From the NCBI GenBank assembly GCA_964016885.1, contig OZ024740.1, forward strand, positions 389,608,001 through 389,672,000: 64,000 nt of DNA. The letters are read 5' to 3'. Below are positions 22,466-36,000 of the stretch, one piece after another. The notes under the pieces were generated by a model. That model saw only the letters and a program-made list of their open reading frames with translations. It did not search any database and was not told the origin of the DNA. Source of the stretch: Eledone cirrhosa (taxonomy: Eukaryota). Positions within the stretch are counted from its first letter, which is position 1, and each line of letters opens with the position of its first letter. The position numbers and the translations under genes are program-made.

Positions 22466-22957
22466 GGCACTACAACGCTATTAGCTGTCAGTGAAAGCAG
22501 GCGAAGATGACGTCACTCGTCAAACCTCGTTTATTTCCGTTTTACTACCACGCGTAAGTGGAGTTTTCGCGCGTTATTTTAGAGATAGCGAGGGGGAGAG
22601 AGAGAGGGAAGATTTAAAAGGGCCAAATTAGAAAACAAATAGAAAACAAGTCATGGTTATAAAGCATATCGATGTAAGTGGAGTTACTTAAATGAAAATA
22701 TAGGTGACCCTTAAAAGGGCCAAATTAGAAAACAAGTCATGGTTATCAATGTATAACCATGACTTGTTTTCTAATTAACTTAAATTTGTTTTCTTATTTG
22801 GCCCTTTTAATTCTTCCCTCTCTCTCTCCCCTTCTCTAGCTCTAAAAAACGCGCGAAAACTCCACTTACGCGTGGTAGTAAAACGGAAATAAACGATGTT
22901 TGACGAGTGACGTCATCTTCGGCTGCTTCCACTGACAGCTAATAGCGTTGTAGTGCC
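22466..22957. mobile_element. Merlin-type MITE (492 bp, ~175-bp TIRs, 8-bp TSD)
   Basis: Perfect 8-bp TSD GCAAAATC (22458-22465 / 22958-22965). TIRs begin GGCACTACAACGCTATTAGCTGTCAGTG, matching the GGNRM Merlin consensus. Central hairpin AATTAGAAAACAAGTCATGGTTAT / ATAACCATGACTTGTTTTCTAATT. Confidence 0.8.
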
Positions 22958-23464
22958 GCAAAATCATATCCCCAGTGAGCATTAGTTTTGATGTCTCATC
23001 GATGTTTATTAAGGTATGGCAAAGTTCAATGCGTATTGAATTTTGAATAATCAATTTCGAACTTTTTAATTTTCATTTCCCTTATTTTATTTCTATCATA
23101 TTTATTGTAAAATTTTATATTTAAACACTAATATAGAGTACTGATCGAATTCTGTTATTTACAAAGTAAGAAAGCAAACCCACAACAGATCCAAAAGACA
23201 AAAGTCCGAAGTTTAATGGATAAGATTCCACGCATCAATATTTCTTTGTTAGCTAAATAAATATATCTCACATACACGTTTCTTTAGAACCTTTTTCTAC
23301 GTAAACAAGACTGATTAACGATGATTTTCCAAATCTTGACAATTCCGACAGGAGAGAAACAAATATACATGTTTAGCATTTAACGATTTACTAAACCATA
23401 TTTTTAAGCCGAAAAGAAGAAAAGATCAATATTATATATATATGTGACACACAAAAACAAAATG

Positions 23465-23602
23465 GGTGTATGTACATGTATGTGCACATGTGTATATGTG
23501 TGTGTATGTACATGTATGTTCACACGTGCCTGTATGCATGTGTATATGTGTGCGTATGTACATGTATATTCACACGTGCATGTGTATATGTGTATACGTG
23601 TT
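23465..23602. repeat. Degenerate (TG/TA/TGCA) microsatellite
   Basis: Directly visible. Confidence 0.9.
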
Positions 23603-23842
23603 TTTTAGTCAAAATGCCAACAAACGTGATGGTACATCCAACCACTGAAGCCATTGAATGATCTGAATAATTAACTGACTAATCTCCTGCAAAAAATAGA
23701 TGGAGAAACATTTCTTGATGCGGGATAAATTAGTACCAAAACATTTAGCTACAGGCAGTAGATTAGCTGCAGACCAATAAATGTGTGGAGGTAATTATTC
23801 CAGCTGGGATATGTCTTGTTGATCAGATCTGACCTGATATTA

Positions 23843-23955
23843 ACACCAACAACAACAGCTAAACTAATAGCAACATCAACACCATCAATAACAGCAACAA
23901 CAACAACAGCAGCAGCAACAACAACATCAATAACAACAACAACAACAGCAACAAT
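23843..23955. repeat. (CAA/CAG)n trinucleotide microsatellite just upstream of the satellite
   Basis: Directly visible. Confidence 0.9.
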
Positions 23956-24048
23956 GTAAGTTAGAAATAAACAGATGTACTGTAAACTAGAGTTACATAA
24001 GACTAACAAAGCAAAATAAAATAAAACATTTCAAGCATTCATTCCATG

Positions 24049-27000
24049 TCATGTTCTGTCGGACTTAGAACCTCTATTTATTCATGTTCTGTCGGAGTTA
24101 GAACCTCTGTTTATTCATGTTCTGTCGGAGTTAGAACCTCTGTTTATTCATGTTCTGTCGGAGTTAGAACCTCTGTTTATTCATGTTCTTTCGGAGTTAG
24201 AACCTCTATTTATTCATGTTCTGTCGGAGTCAGAACCTCTATTTATTCATGTTCTGTCGGAGTTAGAACCTCTTGTCGCAGTTAGAACCTCTATTTATTC
24301 ATGTTCTGTCGGAGTTAGAACCGCTGTTTATTCATGTTCTGTCGGAGTCAGAAGCTCTATTTATTCATGTTCTGTCGGAGTTAGAACCTCTGTTTATTCA
24401 TGTTCTGTCGGAGTCAGAACCTCTATTTATTCATGTTCTGTCGGAGTTAGAACCGCTGTTTATTCATGTTCTGTCGGAATCAGAACCTCTATTTATTCAT
24501 GTTCTGTCGGAGTTAGAACCGCTGTTTATTCATGTTCTGTCGGAATCAGAACCTCTATTTATTCATGTTCTGTCGGAGTTAGAACCTCTATTTATTCATG
24601 TTCTGTCGGAGATAGAACCTCTGTTTATTCATGTTCTGTCGCAGTTAGAACCTCTATTTATTCATGTTCTGTGGGAGTTAGAACCTCTATTTATTCATGT
24701 TCTGTCGGAGTTAGAACCTCTGTTTATTCATGTTCTGTCGGAGTCAGAACCTCTATTTATTCATGTTCTGTCGGAGTTAGAAACTCTGTTTATTCATGTT
24801 CTGTCGGAGTCAGAACCTCTATTTATTCATGTTCTGTCGGAGTTAGAACCGCTGTTTATTCATGTTCTGTCGGAATCAGAACCTCTATTTATTCATGTTC
24901 TGTCGGAGTTAGAACCTCTATTTATTCATGTTCTGTCGGAGTTAGAACCTCTATTTATTCATGTTCTGTCGGAGTCAGAACCTCTATTTATTCATGTTCT
25001 GTCGGAGTTAGAAACTCTGTTTATTCATGTTCTGTCGGAGTCAGAACCTCTGTTTATTCATGTTCTGTCGCAGTTAGAACCTCTATTTATTCATGTTCTG
25101 TGGGAGTTAGAACCTCGATTTATTCATGTTCTGTCGGAGTTAGAACCTCTGTTTATTCATGTTCTGTCGGAGTCAGAAGCTCTATTTATTCATGTTCTGT
25201 CGGAGTTAGAACCTCTGTTTATTCATGTTCTGTCGGAGTCAGAAGCTCTATTTATTCATGTTCTGTCGGAGTTAGAACCTCTGTTTATTCATGTTCTGTC
25301 GGAGTCAGAACCTCTATTTATTCATGTTCTGTCGGAGTTAGAACCGCTGTTTATTCATGTTCTGTCGGAATCAGAAGCCCTATTTATTCATGTTCTGTCG
25401 AAGTTAGAACCTCTATTTATTCATGTTCTGTCGGAGTTAGAACCTCTGTTTATTCATGTTCTGTCGGAGTCAGAACCTCTATTTATTCATGTTCTGTCGG
25501 AGTTAGAACCGCTGTTTATTCATGTTCTGTCGGAATCAGAAGCCCTATTTATTCATGTTCTGTCGGAGTTAGAACCTCTATTTATTCATGTTCTGTCGGA
25601 GTTAGAACCTCTGTTTATTCATGTTCTGTCGCAGTTAGAACCTCTATTTATTCATGTTCTGTGGGAGTTAGAACCTCTGTTTATTCATGTTCTGTCGGAG
25701 TTAGAACCTCTGTTTATTCATGTTCTGTCGGAGTCAGAACCTCTATTTATTCATGTTCTGTCGCAGTTAGAACCTCTTGTCGGAGTCAGAACCTCTATTT
25801 ATTCATGTTCTGTCGGAGTTAGAACCTCTATTTATGCATGTTCTGTCAGAGTTAGAACCTCTATTTATTCATGTTCTGTCGGCGTTAGAACCTCTATTTA
25901 TTCATGTTCTGTCGGAGTTAGAACCTCTATTTATTCATGTTCTGTCGGAGTTAGAACCTCTGTTTATTCATGTTCTGTCGGAGTCAGAACCTCTATTTAT
26001 TCATGTTCTGTCGCAGTTAGAACCTCTTGTCGGAGTCAGAACCTCTATTTATTCATGTTCTGTCGGTGTTAGAACCTCTATTTATGCATGTTCTGTCGGA
26101 GTTAGAACCTCTATTTATTCATGTTCTGTCGGAGTTAGAACCTCTATTTATTCATGTTCTGTCGGAGTTAGAACCTCTATTTATTCATGTTCTGTCGGAG
26201 TTAGAACCTCTGTTTATTCATGTTCTGTCGCAGTTAGAACCTCTATTTATTCATGTTCTGTGGTAGTTATAACCTCTATTTATTCATGTTCTGTCGGAGT
26301 TATAACCACTTGTCGGAGTCAGTACCTCTATTTATTCATGTTCTTTCGGAGTTAGAACCTCTGTTTATTCATGTTCTGCCGCAGTTAGAACCTCTGTTTA
26401 TTCATGTTCTTTCGGAGTTAGAACCTCTGTTTATTCATGTTCTGCCGCAGTTAGAACCTCTTGTCGGAGTTAGAACCTCCGTTTATTCATGTTTCTCGGA
26501 GTTAGAACCTCTGTTTATTCATGTTCTTTCGGAGTTAGAACCTCTATTTATTCATGTTCTGTCGCAGTTAGAACCTCTTGTCGGAGTTAGAACCTCTATA
26601 CATTCATGTTCTTTCGGAGTTAGAACCTCTATTTATTCATGTTCTGTCGGAGTTAGAACCTCTGTTTATTCATGTTCTGTCGGAGTTAGAACCTCTGTTT
26701 ATTCATGTTCTGTCGGAGTTAGAACCTCTGTTTATTCATGTTCTTTCGGAGTTAGAACCTCTATTTATTCATGTTCTGTCGGAGTCAGAAGCTCTATTTA
26801 TTCATGTTCTGTCGGAGTTAGAACCTCTTGTCGGAGTTAGAACCTCTATTTATTCATGTTCTGTCAGAGTTAAAACCTCTATTTATTCATGTTCTGTCGG
26901 AGTTAGAACCTCTATTTATTCATGTTCTTTCGGAGTTAGAACCTCTATTTATTCATGTTCTGTCGGAGTTAGAACCTCTGTTTATTCATGTTCTGTCGCA

Positions 27001-30000
27001 GTTAGAACCTCTATTTATTCATGTTCTGTGGTAGTTATAACCTCTATTTATTCATGTTCTGTCGGAGTCAGAACCTCTATTTATTCATGTTCTGTCGCAG
27101 TTATAACCACTTGTCGGAGTCAGTACCTCTATTTATTCATGTTCTTTCGGAGTTAGAACCTCTGTTTATTCATGTTCTTTCGGAGTTAGAACCTCTGTTT
27201 ATTCATGTTCTTTCGGAGTTAGAACCTCTGTTTATTCATGTTCTGCCGCAGTTAGAACCTCTTGTCGGAGTTAGAACCTCCGTTTATTCATGTTTCTCGG
27301 AGTTAGAACCTCTGTTTATTCATGTTCTTTCGGAGTTAGAACCTCTGTTTATTCATGTTCTGCCGCAGTTAGAACCTCTTGTCGGAGTTAGAACCTCCGT
27401 TTATTCATGTTTCTCGGAGTTAGAACCTCTGTTTATTCATGTTCTTTCGGAGTTAGAACCTCTATTTATTCATGTTCTGTCGCAGTTAGAACCTCTTGTC
27501 GGAGTTAGAACCTCTATACATTCATGTTCTTTCGGAGTTAGAACCTCTATTTATTCATGTTCTGTCGGAGTTAGAACCTCTGTTTATTCATGTTCTGTCG
27601 GAGTTAGAACCTCTGTTTATTCATGTTCTGTCGGAGTTAGAACCTCTGTTTATTCATGTTCTTTCGGAGTTAGAACCTCTATTTATTCATGTTCTGTCGG
27701 AGTTAGAACCTCTGTTTATTCATGTTCTGTCGGAGTCAGAACCTCTATTTATTCATGTTCTGTCGGAGTTAGAAACTCTGTTTATTCATGTTCTGTCGGA
27801 GTCAGAACCTCTATTTATTCATGTTCTGTCGGAGTTAGAACCGCTGTTTATTCATGTTCTGTCGGAATCAGAACCTCTATTTATTCATGTTCTGTCGGAG
27901 TTAGAACCTCTATTTATTCATGTTCTGTCGGAGTTAGAACCTCTATTTATTCATGTTCTGTCGGAGTCAGAACCTCTATTTATTCATGTTCTGTCGGAGT
28001 TAGAAACTCTGTTTATTCATGTTCTGTCGGAGTCAGAACCTCTGTTTATTCATGTTCTGTCGCAGTTAGAACCTCTATTTATTCATGTTCTGTGGGAGTT
28101 AGAACCTCGATTTATTCATGTTCTGTCGGAGTTAGAACCTCTGTTTATTCATGTTCTGTCGGAGTCAGAAGCTCTATTTATTCATGTTCTGTCGGAGTTA
28201 GAACCTCTGTTTATTCATGTTCTGTCGGAGTCAGAAGCTCTATTTATTCATGTTCTGTCGGAGTTAGAACCTCTGTTTATTCATGTTCTGTCGGAGTCAG
28301 AACCTCTATTTATTCATGTTCTGTCGGAGTTAGAACCGCTGTTTATTCATGTTCTGTCGGAATCAGAAGCCCTATTTATTCATGTTCTGTCGGAGTTAGA
28401 ACCTATATTTATTCATGTTCTGTCGGAGTTAGAACCTCTGTTTATTCATGTTCTGTCGGAGTCAGAACCTCTATTTATTCATGTTCTGTCGGAGTTAGAA
28501 CCGCTGTTTATTCATGTTCTGTCGGAATCAGAAGCCCTATTTATTCATGTTCTGTCGGAGTTAGAACCTCTATTTATTCATGTTCTGTCGGAGTTAGAAC
28601 CTCTGTTTATTCATGTTCTGTCGCAGTTAGAACCTCTATTTATTCATGTTCTGTGGGAGTTAGAACCTCTGTTTATTCATGTTCTGTCGGAGTTAGAAAC
28701 TCTGTTTATTCATGTTCTGTCGGAGTCAGAACCTCTATTTATTCATGTTCTGTCGCAGTTAGAACCTCTTGTCGGAGTCAGAACCTCTATTTATTCATGT
28801 TCTGTCGGAGTTAGAACCTCTATTTATTCATGTTCTGTCGGAGTTAGAACCTCTATTTATTCATGTTCTGTCGGAGTCAGAACCTCTATTTATTCATGTT
28901 CTGTCGGAGTTAGAAACTCTGTTTATTCATGTTCTGTCGGAGTCAGAACCTCTGTTTATTCATGTTCTGTCGCAGTTAGAACCTCTATTTATTCATGTTC
29001 TGTGGGAGTTAGAACCTCGATTTATTCATGTTCTGTCGGAGTTAGAACCTCTGTTTATTCATGTTCTGTCGGAGTCAGAAGCTCTATTTATTCATGTTCT
29101 GTCGGAGTTAGAACCTCTGTTTATTCATGTTCTGTCGGAGTCAGAAGCTCTATTTATTCATGTTCTGTCGGAGTTAGAACCTCTGTTTATTCATGTTCTG
29201 TCGGAGTCAGAACCTCTATTTATTCATGTTCTGTCGGAGTTAGAACCGCTGTTTATTCATGTTCTGTCGGAATCAGAAGCCCTATTTATTCATGTTCTGT
29301 CGGAGTTAGAACCTCTATTTATTCATGTTCTGTCGGAGTTAGAACCTCTGTTTATTCATGTTCTGTCGGAGTCAGAACCTCTATTTATTCATGTTCTGTC
29401 GGAGTTAGAACCGCTGTTTATTCATGTTCTGTCGGAATCAGAAGCCCTATTTATTCATGTTCTGTCGGAGTTAGAACCTCTATTTATTCATGTTCTGTCG
29501 GAGTTAGAACCTCTGTTTATTCATGTTCTGTCGCAGTTAGAACCTCTATTTATTCATGTTCTGTGGGAGTTAGAACCTCTGTTTATTCATGTTCTGTCGG
29601 AGTTAGAACCTCTGTTTATTCATGTTCTGTCGGAGTCAGAACCTCTATTTATTCATGTTCTGTCGCAGTTAGAACCTCTTGTCGGAGTCAGAACCTCTAT
29701 TTATTCATGTTCTGTCGGAGTTAGAACCTCTATTTATGCATGTTCTGTCAGAGTTAGAACCTCTATTTATTCATGTTCTGTCGGCGTTAGAACCTCTATT
29801 TATTCATGTTCTGTCGGAGTTAGAACCTCTATTTATTCATGTTCTGTCGGAGTTAGAACCTCTGTTTATTCATGTTCTGTCGGAGTCAGAACCTCTATTT
29901 ATTCATGTTCTGTCGCAGTTAGAACCTCTTGTCGGAGTCAGAACCTCTATTTATTCATGTTCTGTCGGTGTTAGAACCTCTATTTATGCATGTTCTGTCG

Positions 30001-33000
30001 GAGTTAGAACCTCTATTTATTCATGTTCTGTCGGAGTTAGAACCTCTATTTATTCATGTTCTGTCGGAGTTAGAACCTCTATTTATTCATGTTCTGTCGG
30101 AGTTAGAACCTCTGTTTATTCATGTTCTGTCGCAGTTAGAACCTCTATTTATTCATGTTCTGTGGTAGTTATAACCTCTATTTATTCATGTTCTGTCGGA
30201 GTTATAACCACTTGTCGGAGTCAGTACCTCTATTTATTCATGTTCTTTCGGAGTTAGAACCTCTGTTTATTCATGTTCTTTCGGAGTTAGAACCTCTGTT
30301 TATTCATGTTCTTTCGGAGTTAGAACCTCTGTTTATTCATGTTCTGCCGCAGTTAGAACCTCTTGTCGGAGTTAGAACCTCCGTTTATTCATGTTTCTCG
30401 GAGTTAGAACCTCTGTTTATTCATGTTCTTTCGGAGTTAGAACCTCTATTTATTCATGTTCTGTCGCAGTTAGAACCTCTTGTCGGAGTTAGAACCTCTG
30501 TTTATTCATGTTCTGTCGGAGTCAGAACCTCTATTTATTCATGTTCTGTCGGAGTTAGAACCGCTGTTTATTCATGTTCTGTCGGAATCAGAAGCCCTAT
30601 TTATTCATGTTCTGTCGGAGTTAGAACCTCTATTTATTCATGTTCTGTCGGAGTTAGAACCTCTGTTTATTCATGTTCTGTCGCAGTTAGAACCTCTATT
30701 TATTCATGTTCTGTGGGAGTTAGAACCTCTGTTTATTCATGTTCTGTCGGAGTTAGAACCTCTGTTTATTCATGTTCTGTCGGAGTCAGAACCTCTATTT
30801 ATTCATGTTCTGTCGCAGTTAGAACCTCTTGTCGGAGTCAGAACCTCTATTTATTCATGTTCTGTCGGAGTTAGAACCTCTATTTATTCATGTTCTGTCG
30901 GAGTTAGAACCTCTATTTATTCATGTTCTGTCGGAGTCAGAACCTCTATTTATTCATGTTCTGTCGGAGTTAGAAACTCTGTTTATTCATGTTCTGTCGG
31001 AGTCAGAACCTCTGTTTATTCATGTTCTGTCGCAGTTAGAACCTCTATTTATTCATGTTCTGTGGGAGTTAGAACCTCGATTTATTCATGTTCTGTCGGA
31101 GTTAGAACCTCTGTTTATTCATGTTCTGTCGGAGTCAGAAGCTCTATTTATTCATGTTCTGTCGGAGTTAGAACCTCTGTTTATTCATGTTCTGTCGGAG
31201 TCAGAAGCTCTATTTATTCATGTTCTGTCGGAGTTAGAACCTCTGTTTATTCATGTTCTGTCGGAGTCAGAACCTCTATTTATTCATGTTCTGTCGGAGT
31301 TAGAACCCCTGTTTATTCATGTTCTGTCGGAATCAGAAGCCCTATTTATTCATGTTCTGTCGGAGTTAGAACCTCTATTTATTCATGTTCTGTCGGAGTT
31401 AGAACCTCTGTTTATTCATGTTCTGTCGGAGTCAGAACCTCTATTTATTCATGTTCTGTCGGAGTTAGAACCGCTGTTTATTCATGTTCTGTCGGAATCA
31501 GAAGCCCTATTTATTCATGTTCTGTCGGAGTTAGAACCTCTATTTATTCATGTTCTGTCGGAGTTAGAACCTCTGTTTATTCATGTTCTGTCGCAGTTAG
31601 AACCTCTATTTATTCATGTTCTGTGGGAGTTAGAACCTCTATTTATTCATGTTCTGTGGGAGTTAGAACCTCTGTTTATTCATGTTCTGTCGGAGTTAGA
31701 ACCTCTGTTTATTCATGTTCTGTCGGAGTCAGAACCTCTATTTATTCATGTTCTGTCGGAGTTAGAACCTCTATTTATGCATGTTCTGTCAGAGTTAGAA
31801 CCTCTATTTATTCATGTTCTGTCGGCGTTAGAACCTCTATTTATTCATGTTCTGTCGGAGTTAGAACCTCTATTTATTCATGTTCTGTCGGAGTTAGAAC
31901 CTCTGTTTATTCATGTTCTGTCGGAGTCAGAACCTCTATTTATTCATGTTCTGTCGCAGTTAGAACCTCTTGTCGGAGTCAGAACCTCTATTTATTCATG
32001 TTCTGTCGGTGTTAGAACCTCTATTTATGCATGTTCTGTCGGAGTTAGAACCTCTATTTATTCATGTTCTGTCGGAGTTAGAACCTCTATTTATTCATGT
32101 TCTGTCGGAGTTAGAACCTCTATTTATTCATGTTCTGTCGGAGTTAGAACCTCTGTTTATTCATGTTCTGTCGCAGTTAGAACCTCTATTTATTCATGTT
32201 CTGTGGTAGTTATAACCTCTATTTATTCATGTTCTGTCGGAGTTATAACCACTTGTCGGAGTCAGTACCTCTATTTATTCATGTTCTTTCGGAGTTAGAA
32301 CCTCTGTTTATTCATGTTCTTTCGGAGTTAGAACCTCTGTTTATTCATGTTCTTTCGGAGTTAGAACCTCTGTTTATTCATGTTCTGCCGCAGTTAGAAC
32401 CTCTTGTCGGAGTTAGAACCTCCGTTTATTCATGTTTCTCGGAGTTAGAACCTCTGTTTATTCATGTTCTTTCGGAGTTAGAACCTCTATTTATTCATGT
32501 TCTGTCGCAGTTAGAACCTCTTGTCGGAGTTAGAACCTCTATACATTCATGTTCTTTCGGAGTTAGAACCTCTATTTATTCATGTTCTGTCGGAGTTAGA
32601 ACCTCTGTTTATTCATGTTCTGTCGGAGTTAGAACCTCTGTTTATTCATGTTCTGTCGGAGTTAGAACCTCTGTTTATTCATGTTCTTTCGGAGTTAGAA
32701 CCTCTATTTATTCATGTTCTGTCGGAGTCAGAAGCTCTATTTATTCATGTTCTGTCGGAGTTAGAACCTCTTGTCGGAGTTAGAACCTCTATTTATTCAT
32801 GTTCTGTCAGAGTTAAAACCTCTATTTATTCATGTTCTGTCGGAGTTAGAACCTCTATTTATTCATGTTCTTTCGGAGTTAGAACCTCTATTTATTCATG
32901 TTCTGTCGGAGTTAGAACCTCTGTTTATTCATGTTCTGTCGCAGTTAGAACCTCTATTTATTCATGTTCTGTGGTAGTTATAACCTCTATTTATTCATGT

Positions 33001-36000
33001 TCTGTCGGAGTTATAACCACTTGTCGGAGTCAGTACCTCTATTTATTCATGTTCTTTCGGAGTTAGAACCTCTGTTTATTCATGTTCTGCCGCAGTTAGA
33101 ACCTCTGTTTATTCATGTTCTTTCGGAGTTAGAACCTCTGTTTATTCATGTTCTGCCGCAGTTAGAACCTCTTGTCGGAGTTAGAACCTCCGTTTATTCA
33201 TGTTTCTCGGAGTTAGAACCTCTGTTTATTCATGTTCTTTCGGAGTTAGAACCTCTATTTATTCATGTTCTGTCGCAGTTAGAACCTCTTGTCGGAGTTA
33301 GAACCTCTATACATTCATGTTCTTTCGGAGTTAGAACCTCTATTTATTCATGTTCTGTCGGAGTTAGAACCTCTGTTTATTCATGTTCTGTCGGAGTTAG
33401 AACCTCTGTTTATTCATGTTCTGTCGGAGTTAGAACCTCTGTTTATTCATGTTCTTTCGGAGTTAGAACCTCTATTTATTCATGTTCTGTCGGAGTCAGA
33501 AGCTCTATTTATTCATGTTCTGTCGGAGTTAGAACCTCTTGTCGGAGTTAGAACCTCTATTTATTCATGTTCTGTCAGAGTTAAAACCTCTATTTATTCA
33601 TGTTCTGTCGGAGTTAGAACCTCTATTTATTCATGTTCTTTCGGAGTTAGAACCTCTATTTATTCATGTTCTGTCGGAGTTAGAACCTCTGTTTATTCAT
33701 GTTCTGTCGCAGTTAGAACCTCTATTTATTCATGTTCTGTGGTAGTTATAACCTCTATTTATTCATGTTCTGTCGGAGTCAGAACCTCTATTTATTCATG
33801 TTCTGTCGCAGTTATAACCACTTGTCGGAGTCAGTACCTCTATTTATTCATGTTCTTTCGGAGTTAGAACCTCTGTTTACTCATGTTCTTTCGGAGTTAG
33901 AACCTCTGTTTATTCATGTTCTTTCGGAGTTAGAACCTCTGTTTATTCATGTTCTGCCGCAGTTAGAACCTCTTGTCGGAGTTAGAACCTCCGTTTATTC
34001 ATGTTTCTCGGAGTTAGAACCTCTGTTTATTCATGTTCTTTCGGAGTTTGAACCTCTGTTTATTCATGTTCTGCCGCAGTTAGAACCTCTTGTCGGAGTT
34101 AGAACCTCCGTTTATTCATGTTTCTCGGAGTTAGAACCTCTGTTTATTCATGTTCTTTCGGAGTTAGAACCTCTATTTATTCATGTTCTGTCGCAGTTAG
34201 AACCTCTTGTCGGAGTTAGAACCTCTATACATTCATGTTCTTTCGGAGTTAGAACCTCTATTTATTCATGTTCTGTCGGAGTTAGAACCTCTGTTTATTC
34301 ATGTTCTGTCGGAGTTAGAACCTCTGTTTATTCATGTTCTGTCGGAGTTAGAACCTCTGTTTATTCATGTTCTTTCGGAGTTAGAACCTCTATTTATTCA
34401 TGTTCTGTCGGAGTTAGAACCTCTGTTTATTCATGTTCTGTCGGAGTCAGAACCTCTATTTATTCATGTTCTGTCGGAGTTAGAAACTCTGTTTATTCAT
34501 GTTCTGTCGGAGTCAGAACCTCTATTTATTCATGTTCTGTCGGAGTTAGAACCGCTGTTTATTCATGTTCTGTCGGAATCAGAACCTCTATTTATTCATG
34601 TTCTGTCGGAGTTAGAACCTCTATTTATTCATGTTCTGTCGGAGTTAGAACCTCTATTTATTCATGTTCTGTCGGAGTCAGAACCTCTATTTATTCATGT
34701 TCTGTCGGAGTTAGAAACTCTGTTTATTCATGTTCTGTCGGAGTCAGAACCTCTGTTTATTCATGTTCTGTCGCAGTTAGAACCTCTATTTATTCATGTT
34801 CTGTGGGAGTTAGAACCTCGATTTATTCATGTTCTGTCGGAGTTAGAACCTCTGTTTATTCATGTTCTGTCGGAGTCAGAAGCTCTATTTATTCATGTTC
34901 TGTCGGAGTTAGAACCTCTGTTTATTCATGTTCTGTCGGAGTCAGAAGCTCTATTTATTCATGTTCTGTCGGAGTTAGAACCTCTGTTTATTCATGTTCT
35001 GTCGGAGTCAGAACCTCTATTTATTCATGTTCTGTCGGAGTTAGAACCGCTGTTTATTCATGTTCTGTCGGAATCAGAAGCCCTATTTATTCATGTTCTG
35101 TCGGAGTTAGAACCTATATTTATTCATGTTCTGTCGGAGTTAGAACCTCTGTTTATTCATGTTCTGTCGGAGTCAGAACCTCTATTTATTCATGTTCTGT
35201 CGGAGTTAGAACCGCTGTTTATTCATGTTCTGTCGGAATCAGAAGCCCTATTTATTCATGTTCTGTCGGAGTTAGAACCTTTATTTATTCATGTTCTGTC
35301 GGAGTTAGAACCTCTGTTTATTCATGTTCTGTCGCAGTTAGAACCTCTATTTATTCATGTTCTGTGGGAGTTAGAACCTCTGTTTATTCATGTTCTGTCG
35401 GAGTTAGAACCTCTGTTTATTCATGTTCTGTCGGAGTCAGAACCTCTATTTATTCATGTTCTGTCGCAGTTAGAACCTCTTGTCGGAGTCAGAACCTCTA
35501 TTTATTCATGTTCTGTCGGAGTTAGAACCTCTATTTATTCATGTTCTGTCGGAGTTAGAACCTCTATTTATTCATGTTCTGTCGGAGTCAGAACCTCTAT
35601 TTATTCATGTTCTGTCGGAGTTAGAAACTCTGTTTATTCATGTTCTGTCGGAGTCAGAACCTCTGTTTATTCATGTTCTGTCGCAGTTAGAACCTCTATT
35701 TATTCATGTTCTGTGGGAGTTAGAACCTCGATTTATTCATGTTCTGTCGGAGTTAGAACCTCTGTTTATTCATGTTCTGTCGGAGTCAGAAGCTCTATTT
35801 ATTCATGTTCTGTCGGAGTTAGAACCTCTGTTTATTCATGTTCTGTCGGAGTCAGAAGCTCTATTTATTCATGTTCTGTCGGAGTTAGAACCTCTGTTTA
35901 TTCATGTTCTGTCGGAGTCAGAACCTCTATTTATTCATGTTCTGTCGGAGTTAGAACCGCTGTTTATTCATGTTCTGTCGGAATCAGAAGCCCTATTTAT

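Noticed and set aside
26450-26500. 19-bp plus 32-bp variants summing to 51 bp (frame-restoring), suggesting coding selection
   Set aside because: Most 19-bp variants are uncompensated; the pair is simply co-amplified within the 768-bp block.
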